Origin: Sedimentisphaerales bacterium
Lineage (GTDB): Bacteria; Planctomycetota; Phycisphaerae; Sedimentisphaerales; SM23-30
Direction of reading: 5' to 3'
Assembly: GCA_963663805.2 (NCBI GenBank)
Contig: CAXXMR010000020.1
Span: 160,001-224,000 of the forward strand
Length of the DNA: 64,000 nt
Position 1 is the first letter of the stretch. Every line of letters begins with the position of its first letter. A program made the position numbers and the translations under genes. Of the stretch, positions 9,644 through 18,880 are shown in pieces. The notes under the pieces were generated by a model. It did no database searches and was not told the DNA's origin. It saw nothing but the letters and a program-made list of their open reading frames with translations.

Positions 9644-12600
9644 GTGCAAAAAGGAACTCTGTTAAGCCTGATCATAATATTATCAATCTCCACCGCCGCC
9701 CTCGCCTTTAACGGTGATATGGGCACAGGCACTCAACCACTTACCGATGGCTCGGAAGATTATCCCTGGCTGATCGAAGATTACGATGATTTCGTAGCCT
9801 TTTGCGGCAATACCGCCTATTGGGCCAGTGGTGTTTATACCCGTCTAGAATGTAATCTGGACCTGTCTGTAGCCGGGACATACAGCCAGGCCCCTATTGC
9901 AGGTGATACCAATACAGATTCTACATTTGATGGCACAGCTTATGCTGGTAATTTCGATGGCGACTATAAAATAATCAATCACCTTTGGATTAGCGGCATT
10001 TACTATTGTGGGTTATTTGGTTATATTGGTTCAGGAGGAACAGTTACAAATCTTGGTTTGGAGAATGTTGATATTACCGGTACTGAATATATTGGTGGGC
10101 TGTGTGGATTCAATGGCAACGGTAGCATAAATAATTGTTATGCTGCAGGCTCAGTTACTGGAAACAATCACACCGGCGGGCTGTGCGGATTCAATGTCTA
10201 TGGTAGCATAAACAACTGTTACGCTAATGGGGCTGTTGCCGGAAATAACAACACAGGCGGACTATGCGGAGAGAATTATCTCGGCGGCAGTATCAGTAAT
10301 TGTTATGTTGCTGGCACTGTGACAGGAAATTTTCGTATAGGCGGGCTATGCGGATACAATTATCGGGGAAATATCACAGACAGTTACTGGAATATTGATA
10401 CTTCAGGCCAAACAGCTAGTCATGGTGGCTGGGGATTGAATGATGAACAGATGAAACAGGCTGCCAGTTACTATGGCTGGACAAATGGCTATTGGACAAT
10501 TGACGAGGGAAACGATTATCCGCGCCTTGCCTGGGAGAACTCGGTCGGCACAACAATTAACACTGACTATCCGGCAGCTACCTACGCAGGGAATGGAACA
10601 GATACCTCTCCTTATGAACTTGCTAATGCCAGCGACCTGTTATGCCTGATGCGCAGGACTTTGGACTGGGATAAATATTTTGTCCTGACAGACAATATTG
10701 ATTTTGGCGGTATTGAATTCACTCATCCTGTAATCGCATATGGCAGTGAGTTTTCCGGAGCTATTGATGGCAATAATCATACAATAAGTAGTTTTACGAT
10801 AAATGCTCCAACTCAGGATTATGTTGGATTTATTGGTATACTCGACTCATCAGCATCAATAAACAATCTTGGTCTTACAGCACTAGATGTTACCGGTGAT
10901 TCTTATACAGGCGGGCTGTGCGGACGCAATTATTATGGTGGTATAAATGATTGTTATATCACGGGAAATATTACCGGTGATTATTGTATAGGTGGGCTGT
11001 GCGGATACAATTATCACGGCAACATAAGTAGTTGTTATGCAACAGGGGCAATCACTGGAAACAAATACACAGGTGGGCTATGTGGATTCAATGCCGATGG
11101 CAACATTAGCAATTGTTATGCTACTGGAGATATTACTGGCAATGATGATGCTGGCGGGCTGTGTGGATACAATTCCGGTAGTATTAGCAATTGTTATGCT
11201 ACTGGAGATATTACTGGCAATGATGATGCTGGCGGGCTGTGTGGATACAATTCCGGTAGTATTAGCAATTGTTATGCTACTGGAGATATTACTGGCAATG
11301 ATGATGTCGGCGGGCTATGCGGATACAATTCTGATAGTATAAGTAACTGTTATGCTAATGGGAATATTATTGGTAATTATGATGTCGGCGGACTATGCGG
11401 ATGCAATTCTGACAGCATAAGTAATTGTTATGCCAATGGCACTGTTACAGGTCATGGTTATTATACCGGCGGGCTGTGCGGATACAATTCTTCCGGCAGT
11501 ATCAGTAGTTGTTATGCCGCTGGCCTGGTTACTGGCTATCTCGACACAGGCGGTTTTTGTGGATCACAATATGGCAGTTCAGCCAAAACACTAAATTGCT
11601 TCTGGGATATCGACGCTACCGGCCAGGCTGTTGGCTATAATCTTAGTTCATCAGAACCGGGAACTATAGGGAATGTTCAGGGATTATCGACGGCTCAGAT
11701 GCAGATTGAAAGCACCTTTATCAGTTCCGGGTGGGATTTCACCGAAAGCGACAATGACCCGGCTGACTGGTTGATGCCGACAGGTAATTATCCCCGTCTT
11801 TTCTGGCAGTCTAAACTCACATATATTGGGCAGGGAACTATTAGTCTGCCCGAGGAACAAACAGGAATTATAGAGCTGAATGTTTACTCTTTGATCAATG
11901 CAACAATAAACTGGACTATTGCCGAACACGATTTGTGCGACTGGATAACAAACGCCAATCCCAATTCAGGCAGCTCAACAGGACCGGAAGATATTACCAC
12001 AGTTACTATTGAAATAGATACTTATGGTTTGGGCGTTGGGCAATATACATATAATCTCATGCTGACTGGTGATGACGGCTCAACGACTGAAATGCCAATC
12101 TTTTTAAATGTTTTTAATCGTGTTGATCTTGGTGAATTGGCTGTTCTATCGGCAAATTGGCTGGCCACCGAATGCTATAATTCTACCTCGGCTTGTTATA
12201 AAGCGGATTGGTACATCGATGGAGTAATTAATGAGCTTGATTTGATGCAGCTTAGTCTTAGCTGGTTGGGTGAAGAAACCATTTACGATGGCCCCTGGAG
12301 TGATTATCTGGAGGATTTCAGTGATGGCACCGTGCCAACAGAAAACTGGACTTACAATCGCACCAATGATGGTAAAATGGCGGTTGTTAATGAACGCCTG
12401 AGAATGGATTGTTTGACCAGCGCATATTCGCTAAATGAAGCTATTCTTCATATCGACTTATCAGATCAGACTGATGTCATGCTGGAGTTCTGGCAGGCAG
12501 AATCAGGCGATGAACTCCATTCGCTACCAACTACTTTCAGCGGCTCTTACAATGGCGATGGCGTAGCGGTCAGTCCCGACGGGGTCAACTGGACCACAGT

Positions 12601-12778
12601 AATTAACGCCTCCGCTCTGGATGTCGATACGGCTGGAAGCATCTTTACTGTCGATCTCGACGCCCTCGGTCTGGAATACACGTCTGATTTCCAGATCAAG
12701 TTCCAGCAATATGACAACTATGCCTGGGACTCTGACGGCCGCGAATGGGATAATATCCGGATATATAAAACGGAATAG
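9644..12778 (+). CDS. Secreted GLUG-motif protein with Ig/BACON-like, dockerin-like and C-terminal beta-sandwich modules
   Basis: Signal peptide; many (T/V)GGLCGxN...ISNCYAxGxV repeats; DWYIDGVINELDL...WL motif; C-terminal domain shared with 13252-16935. Confidence 0.85.
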   Translation: MQKGTLLSLIIILSISTAALAFNGDMGTGTQPLTDGSEDYPWLIEDYDDFVAFCGNTAYWASGVYTRLECNLDLSVAGTYSQAPIAGDTNTDSTFDGTAYAGNFDGDYKIINHLWISGIYYCGLFGYIGSGGTVTNLGLENVDITGTEYIGGLCGFNGNGSINNCYAAGSVTGNNHTGGLCGFNVYGSINNCYANGAVAGNNNTGGLCGENYLGGSISNCYVAGTVTGNFRIGGLCGYNYRGNITDSYWNIDTSGQTASHGGWGLNDEQMKQAASYYGWTNGYWTIDEGNDYPRLAWENSVGTTINTDYPAATYAGNGTDTSPYELANASDLLCLMRRTLDWDKYFVLTDNIDFGGIEFTHPVIAYGSEFSGAIDGNNHTISSFTINAPTQDYVGFIGILDSSASINNLGLTALDVTGDSYTGGLCGRNYYGGINDCYITGNITGDYCIGGLCGYNYHGNISSCYATGAITGNKYTGGLCGFNADGNISNCYATGDITGNDDAGGLCGYNSGSISNCYATGDITGNDDAGGLCGYNSGSISNCYATGDITGNDDVGGLCGYNSDSISNCYANGNIIGNYDVGGLCGCNSDSISNCYANGTVTGHGYYTGGLCGYNSSGSISSCYAAGLVTGYLDTGGFCGSQYGSSAKTLNCFWDIDATGQAVGYNLSSSEPGTIGNVQGLSTAQMQIESTFISSGWDFTESDNDPADWLMPTGNYPRLFWQSKLTYIGQGTISLPEEQTGIIELNVYSLINATINWTIAEHDLCDWITNANPNSGSSTGPEDITTVTIEIDTYGLGVGQYTYNLMLTGDDGSTTEMPIFLNVFNRVDLGELAVLSANWLATECYNSTSACYKADWYIDGVINELDLMQLSLSWLGEETIYDGPWSDYLEDFSDGTVPTENWTYNRTNDGKMAVVNERLRMDCLTSAYSLNEAILHIDLSDQTDVMLEFWQAESGDELHSLPTTFSGSYNGDGVAVSPDGVNWTTVINASALDVDTAGSIFTVDLDALGLEYTSDFQIKFQQYDNYAWDSDGREWDNIRIYKTE
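11105..11330 (+). repeat. Near-perfect 78-bp coding tandem repeat, about 3 copies
   Basis: Units start at 11105, 11183, 11261 and encode ISNCYATGDITGNDDAGGLCGYNSGS. Confidence 0.92.
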
Positions 12779-12863
12779 CCGGAATCATTATCAGAACTAA
12801 TCGCTTACACCAGTAAATCAGGATCTATAAAAACGGCCCGGCAAATCCTCTACGAATAACAGA

Positions 12864-13018
12864 TACGAATCCGCCCGGCCTGACACCCCCCGAGCTGTTA
12901 ACGTCTTCGGAACATAATCGCTGTTAACTGGGTAAAAACCGGGATATTAACAGCTTCCACCCCCGAAAAACTCATAAGCTCATAAAACAAAGATGTTTAC
13001 ATCCTATCCCGACAATAC
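12864..13018. repeat. 155-bp conserved intergenic element, copy B
   Basis: Ungapped homolog of 9347-9501. Confidence 0.85.
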
Positions 13019-13086
13019 AGCACTTATGGATACTTCCAGTAATCGCTTGTTAAAAACCCGTCGGGCGGAACTGGGGAGGATTACCC

Positions 13087-13226
13087 TTGCAATCTCCGTC
13101 TTTTTATGATAGATTCATTGCGAATCCGGATATCTGAGTGGAAAATTCGCCGGAATCTTTGAATTTCGGCTGGAAACAGCTTTGCTGGCGAGAGGGACAG
13201 AATGTTTCCCTGCGTCGGCTTTTTGG
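13087..13226 (+). promoter_or_regulatory. Promoter plus structured leader ending in a terminator-like hairpin
   Basis: TTGCAA-17bp-TAGATT, then hairpins, the last (gctggcgagagggaca...tgtttccctgcgtcggc) followed by TTTTT, upstream of the RBS of 13252. Confidence 0.45.
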
Positions 13227-13251
13227 GCTAAAAGGAAATATGGAGAACGAG

Positions 13252-16200
13252 ATGAAAAATCTGCTATGCAACCTGGTATTGATTATGGCAGCCGCAGCCC
13301 TTGCGGCGACATCGGCATCAGCGGCGGTTTCCGGCGATTATGAGTATACCGACAACGGTGACGGCACCTGCACGATCACCGATTATACCGGTTCCGGTGG
13401 CACGGTGAGCATCCCCGCTTCACTCGACGGCCTGACCGTCATCACCATTGGGGACTATGCGTTCCGTTACTGCTACAGCCTGACCGATGTGACCATACCC
13501 GACAGCGTTACCGCTATCGGAGATGGTGCGTTCTATAGCTGCGACATACTAACCAGCGTAACCACCGGCAACAGTGTCACCACCATCGGGGACTATGCGT
13601 TCGACAACTGCGACAACCTGACTAGCGTGATCATATCCGACAGTGTCACTACCATCGGGTACAAGACGTTCGGTAACTGCGGCAGCCTGACCAGCGTGAT
13701 CATACCCAACAGCGTCACCATCATCGGGGGCAAAGCATTCTATACCTGCGACAGCCTGACCAGCGTAACCATCGGTAACAGCGTCACCACCATTGGGGAC
13801 CAAGCATTTGCATATTGCTATATCCTGACCAGTGTGACCATACCCGACAGTGTCATCTCCATTGGGGACGAGGCGTTCTATGACTGCGACAGTTTGACCA
13901 CTGTGACCATACCCGACAGCGTCACCACCATCGGAGACGAGGCGTTCAATTGTTGCGACAGCCTGACTGGTGTGAGTATACCCGATAGCGTCATTACCAT
14001 CGGAAACAGTGTGTTTCAAAACTGCAATAGCTTGACTGGTATTACGGTCGATCCGGCTAATAGCGTCTATTGCGATATTGACGGGGTCTTGTTCAACAAA
14101 AGCCAAACCGAGCTTATCCAATACCCAGGCGGCAAGTACGGCAGCTATTCAATTCCCGACGGGGTCACCATCATAAGGAACAATGCGTTCTGGCACTGCG
14201 ACGGCCTGACCGGTGTGACCATACCCAACAGCGTCACTACCATTGGGGGCGGGTCGTTCTACTACTGCGACAACTTGATCAGCGTAACTATACCCAACAG
14301 CGTCAGCACCATCGGGGACAATGCGTTCTATAGCTGCAGCAGCCTGGCCAATATGACCATCGGTAACAACGTCACCACCATCGGGATCTTTGCATTCAGT
14401 TGCTGCGACAGCCTGACCGACGTGACCATACCCAACAGCGTTACCACCATTGAGGGCTGGATGTTCTCTAATTGCGATAGCCTGACCAACGTGACTATAC
14501 CCGACAGCGTCATCACCATCGGACGCCAGTCATTCTCTGGCTGCTACAGTCTGAGCAGCATAACCATACCCGACAGCGTTACCGCCATCGAGGCCCTGGC
14601 GTTCACTGACTGCGACAGCCTAACCGATGTAACCATACCCGACAGCGTCACCACCATCGGCAGTTCGGCGTTCTCTAACTGCGACAGCCTGAACGGTGTT
14701 TATTTCAGAGGTGATTGCCCGGTATCTGTCGGATACGATGTGTTTTACGGCTCCGATCCTACGGTTTATTATATTGCCGGAACAAGCGGCTGGGGCAGTG
14801 AATTTGCCGACAGGCCTACGGCGACATGGACAGGAGAAACAGATGGCTATTACTACAGAGACAACGGTGATGGAACATGCATACTGCTCGGTTATACCGG
14901 TCCCGGCGGTAATATAACTATTCCTGATTCGCTGGCAGGTCTTACCGTCACCACCATCGGGGACAGGGCCTTCCGTTACTGTGACAGCCTGACCGGTGTG
15001 ATCATACCCAACAGCGTCACCACCATCGGAGACGATGCGTTCGGTGGCTGTAACAACCTGACCGATATTACAGTCGATCTGACCAATAGCGCCTACTGTG
15101 ATATTGGCGGGGTCTTGTTCAACAAAAGTCAAACCAAGCTTGTTCAATACCCAGGTGGAAGAAGCGGCAGCTATTCAATTCCCAACGGGGTCACCACCAT
15201 CGGGAACTATACGTTCTCTGACTGCGACAACCTGACTGGTGTGGCCATACCCGACAGCGTTACCACCATCGAGGACTATGTGTTCAAGGACTGCTACAGC
15301 CTGACCGGTGTAACCATTCCCAACAGCATCACCACTATCGGGGACTTGGTATTCTCTGGTTGCGCCAGCTTGACCGGCGTTTATTTCAGGGGTGATTGTC
15401 CGACATCTGTCGGCAACAATATGTTTAGTTACTCCTATCCCACGGTTTATTATATTGACGGAACAAGCGGCTGGGGCAACTACTTTGCCAGCAGGCCTAC
15501 GGCGGTCTGGACAGGAGAAATGGATGGCTATTATTACAGAGACGACGGTGATGGAACATGTGCGTTGCTCGGCCATACCGGTCCCGACGGTAATATAACC
15601 ATCCCGGATTCGCTGGCAGGCCTTACTGTTGTTACTGTCGAAAATGAGGCGTTCCTGCGCTGTTATAGACTAACCGGCGTGACCATACCCGACAGCGTCA
15701 CCACCATCGGGCACGATGCGTTTGCATACTGCGACAGCCTGAGTGGCGTGACCATCGGTAATAGCGTCACCGCCATCGGGGACTATGCGTTTTATAACTG
15801 CGACAGCCTTACCGGCGTTTATTTCAAGGGTGATTGTCCGGCATCTGTCAGCAGCTATGTGTTTTACAGCTCCTATCCTACGGTATATTATATGTCCGGC
15901 ACAAGCGGTTGGGGCAGTGAGTTTGCCGGAAGGCCTACGGCGATCTGGCCGGCTTCGATCGGGATGACGGGGAGTCTGATTGTAGATATGGAGATCGATG
16001 ATGTCGGAGGTTTGGAAGTTCTGGAAATAGATGTCTTTGCCGTAAGCGAAGCTGTCGGCTGGACGATCAGCGGTCAGGATGACTGCTCGTGGATTATCAG
16101 CGTTAGTCCGGATACGGGCAGCTCGACCGGACCGACGGATATTACAGCCGTTCAGATCACAATTGATACGGCCGGGCTGGCTGTGGGTGATTACACACAT

Positions 16201-16935
16201 AGACTGAGTCTGGAGCCTGGTGGAGATGATGGATACTGGCTGCCATTATCCGTAGAAGTGCATGTTTGCGATACTGTGGACCTTAAGGAGTTAGCAATCC
16301 TCGCGGCTTACTGGGGCGACAGCGGCTGCGCTGATGAAATGAGTCCCTGTCATGAAGCGGATTTCTATAGGGACGGCGTAATTGATGTGCTTGATTTGAT
16401 GCAGCTTGCAATTAGCTGGCTGGGCGAGGAGATGATATACGCTAGTAACTGGACTGATTATCTGGCAGATTTCAGTGATGGCACCTTGCCAACTGAAAAC
16501 TGGACTTACAATTCCACTAATAACGGCAGAATCCAGATTGTTGATGAACGCCTGAGAATGGATTGCTCGACCAATGGAACATATTCACTAAATGAAGCGA
16601 TACTGCATCTTGACCTGGAAGGCCAAAGCGAGGTCATGCTGTCTTTCTGGCAGGCAGAATCGGGCGATGAACTCCATTCGCTACCGACTACTTTCAGTGG
16701 TTCTTACAATGGCGATGGCGTAGCGGTCAGTCCAGACGGGGTCAACTGGACAACAGTCGTCAACGCCTCCGCTCTGGATGTTGGTACGGCCGGAAGCATC
16801 TTTACTGTCGATCTCGACGCCCTCGGTCTGGAATACACGTCTGATTTCCAGATCAAGTTCCAGCAATGTGATAATTACACCTGGGGCAGCGACGGCCGCG
16901 AATGGGATAATATCCGGATATATAAAAACAATTGA
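13252..16935 (+). CDS. Secreted BspA-type leucine-rich repeat (LRR_5) protein with Ig-like, dockerin-like and shared C-terminal modules
   Basis: Signal peptide from MKNLL (GGAG upstream); many LTxVTIPDSVTTIGxxAFxxC repeats in three blocks. Confidence 0.9.
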   Translation: MKNLLCNLVLIMAAAALAATSASAAVSGDYEYTDNGDGTCTITDYTGSGGTVSIPASLDGLTVITIGDYAFRYCYSLTDVTIPDSVTAIGDGAFYSCDILTSVTTGNSVTTIGDYAFDNCDNLTSVIISDSVTTIGYKTFGNCGSLTSVIIPNSVTIIGGKAFYTCDSLTSVTIGNSVTTIGDQAFAYCYILTSVTIPDSVISIGDEAFYDCDSLTTVTIPDSVTTIGDEAFNCCDSLTGVSIPDSVITIGNSVFQNCNSLTGITVDPANSVYCDIDGVLFNKSQTELIQYPGGKYGSYSIPDGVTIIRNNAFWHCDGLTGVTIPNSVTTIGGGSFYYCDNLISVTIPNSVSTIGDNAFYSCSSLANMTIGNNVTTIGIFAFSCCDSLTDVTIPNSVTTIEGWMFSNCDSLTNVTIPDSVITIGRQSFSGCYSLSSITIPDSVTAIEALAFTDCDSLTDVTIPDSVTTIGSSAFSNCDSLNGVYFRGDCPVSVGYDVFYGSDPTVYYIAGTSGWGSEFADRPTATWTGETDGYYYRDNGDGTCILLGYTGPGGNITIPDSLAGLTVTTIGDRAFRYCDSLTGVIIPNSVTTIGDDAFGGCNNLTDITVDLTNSAYCDIGGVLFNKSQTKLVQYPGGRSGSYSIPNGVTTIGNYTFSDCDNLTGVAIPDSVTTIEDYVFKDCYSLTGVTIPNSITTIGDLVFSGCASLTGVYFRGDCPTSVGNNMFSYSYPTVYYIDGTSGWGNYFASRPTAVWTGEMDGYYYRDDGDGTCALLGHTGPDGNITIPDSLAGLTVVTVENEAFLRCYRLTGVTIPDSVTTIGHDAFAYCDSLSGVTIGNSVTAIGDYAFYNCDSLTGVYFKGDCPASVSSYVFYSSYPTVYYMSGTSGWGSEFAGRPTAIWPASIGMTGSLIVDMEIDDVGGLEVLEIDVFAVSEAVGWTISGQDDCSWIISVSPDTGSSTGPTDITAVQITIDTAGLAVGDYTHRLSLEPGGDDGYWLPLSVEVHVCDTVDLKELAILAAYWGDSGCADEMSPCHEADFYRDGVIDVLDLMQLAISWLGEEMIYASNWTDYLADFSDGTLPTENWTYNSTNNGRIQIVDERLRMDCSTNGTYSLNEAILHLDLEGQSEVMLSFWQAESGDELHSLPTTFSGSYNGDGVAVSPDGVNWTTVVNASALDVGTAGSIFTVDLDALGLEYTSDFQIKFQQCDNYTWGSDGREWDNIRIYKNN

Positions 16936-16971
16936 TATTTAGCAGTAAGTTATGCCGGAAAGGGAAATATC

Positions 16972-18825
16972 GTGCAAAAAGGAACTCTGTTAAGCCTGAT
17001 CATACTATTATCAATCGCCACCGCCGCCCTCGCCTTTAACGGTGATATGGGGACGGGAACTCAACCACTTACCGACGGTACAGAGGATTATCCCTGGCTG
17101 ATCGAAGATTACGATGATTTCGTAGCCTTTTGCGGCAATACCGCCTATTGGGCCGGCGGCGTTTATACCCGTCTAGAATGTAATCTGGATTTGTCTGTAG
17201 CCGGGACATACAGCCAGGCTCCTATTGCTGGTGATACTGATACCGATTATTCATTTGACGGCACAGAATTTAGCGGCAACTTTGACGGTGATAGCAAGGC
17301 AATATGTAACCTTACGGCCAGCGGTGCCTATTATTGTGGTTTGTTTGGCTGTATTGGTTCAGGAGGAACAGTTACCAATCTTGGTTTGGAGAATGTTGAT
17401 ATTACTGGTTCCAGTTCTTATACCGGCGGTTTGTGCGGAGATAATTCCGGCAGCATAAGTAGTTGTTATGCTACGGGAACGGTTACAGGGAATGGTGGCT
17501 ATACCGGCGGGCTGTGTGGAAGAAATTCTGCTAGTATTACAGACAGTTACTGGAATATTGATACTTCAGGCCAAACAGCTAGTCATGGTGGCTGGGGATT
17601 GAATGATGAACAGATGAAACAGGCTGCCAGTTACTATGGCTGGACAAATGGCTATTGGACAATTGATGAAGGCAATGATTGTCCGCGTCTGGTCTGGGAA
17701 AACTCCGGTGGCACAATAATCAACACAGATTATCCAGCAAAGACTTATACCGGTTTAGGAACGGAGGTGTCTCCGTATGAACTGGCTACTGTAAACGACC
17801 TGTTATGTCTGATGCGAAGAACGCCAGACTGGGATAAAAGTTTTATTTTGACTGATAATATAGATTTATCCAGTATAGTATTCAACCATACCTTGATTGC
17901 CTCTGGTAGCAGTTTTGGCGGCAGCTTAGATGGCAATAATCACATCATAAGCAATCTGACCATTGATGCTCCAATGCAGAGCTATGTCGGTTTTATTAGC
18001 AGACTTGATTTATCTGCATCAGTAAATAATCTTTACCTTAAAGGATTAAATATTATCGGTTATGATAGGACGGGCGGGCTGTGCGGGGAAAATGCCGGCA
18101 ATATAAGTGATTGTTATGCCAATGGAACGGTTACAAGTAAATATTGTGCCGGTGGGTTTTGCGGAAAAAATAGCGGTAGCATAAGTGTTTGTTATGTCAA
18201 TAAGACGATTTCTGGTGATTTTTATACCGGCGGGTTTTGTGGAGTAAATTCCGGCAGCATAAGTGATTGTTATGCCACGGGAAGTGTTACAAGTAAATTT
18301 CTGTATACCGGCGGGTTTTGCGGCGCAAATTATTCCGGCAATATAAGTAGTTGTTATACTACTGATTTAATTACTAGCATTTATTACGCAGGGGGATTTT
18401 GTGGCCATCAAAGCGGTAGTTTAGCTGTTATACAGGATTGCTTCTGGGACACCGAAGCCACTGGTCAGACTATGGGGTATATTCTTGAGATGTCGTCTCC
18501 GGGGACGATAGATAATGTTCAGGGATTGACAACGGCTCAGATGCAGATTGAAAGTACTTACACTGATGCCGGGTGGGATTTTGCCAATCTCTGGTGGATT
18601 AACGAAGGCCGTGATTATCCAAAATTGTATTATCAACCCTTTGGCGATCTTGACAATGACAGCCATGTCAATCTGACTGACCTTTCGGTTATGGCAGCGG
18701 CGTGGATGGCCGTTGAAGGTGATGTGAATTATAACAGCAAATGCGAATTGTCGGGTGACATTTCAGTAAATATCGACGATTTCGTCATAATGTCAGAAAA
18801 CTGGCTGGCAGGTCCAGGCTTTTAA
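16972..18825 (+). CDS. Secreted GLUG-motif protein with C-terminal dockerin-like domain
   Basis: N-terminus nearly identical to the 9644 gene; GGLCG/GGFCG repeats; GDLDNDSHVNLTDL...WM motif. Confidence 0.85.
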   Translation: MQKGTLLSLIILLSIATAALAFNGDMGTGTQPLTDGTEDYPWLIEDYDDFVAFCGNTAYWAGGVYTRLECNLDLSVAGTYSQAPIAGDTDTDYSFDGTEFSGNFDGDSKAICNLTASGAYYCGLFGCIGSGGTVTNLGLENVDITGSSSYTGGLCGDNSGSISSCYATGTVTGNGGYTGGLCGRNSASITDSYWNIDTSGQTASHGGWGLNDEQMKQAASYYGWTNGYWTIDEGNDCPRLVWENSGGTIINTDYPAKTYTGLGTEVSPYELATVNDLLCLMRRTPDWDKSFILTDNIDLSSIVFNHTLIASGSSFGGSLDGNNHIISNLTIDAPMQSYVGFISRLDLSASVNNLYLKGLNIIGYDRTGGLCGENAGNISDCYANGTVTSKYCAGGFCGKNSGSISVCYVNKTISGDFYTGGFCGVNSGSISDCYATGSVTSKFLYTGGFCGANYSGNISSCYTTDLITSIYYAGGFCGHQSGSLAVIQDCFWDTEATGQTMGYILEMSSPGTIDNVQGLTTAQMQIESTYTDAGWDFANLWWINEGRDYPKLYYQPFGDLDNDSHVNLTDLSVMAAAWMAVEGDVNYNSKCELSGDISVNIDDFVIMSENWLAGPGF

Positions 18826-18880
18826 GGAAATCGGACATTAATTATATTTAGCAGTAAGTTATGCCGGAAAGGGAAATGTC

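Noticed and set aside
13549..16200. Repetitive antisense ORFs in the LRR gene
   Set aside because: Mirror images of the LRR repeats.
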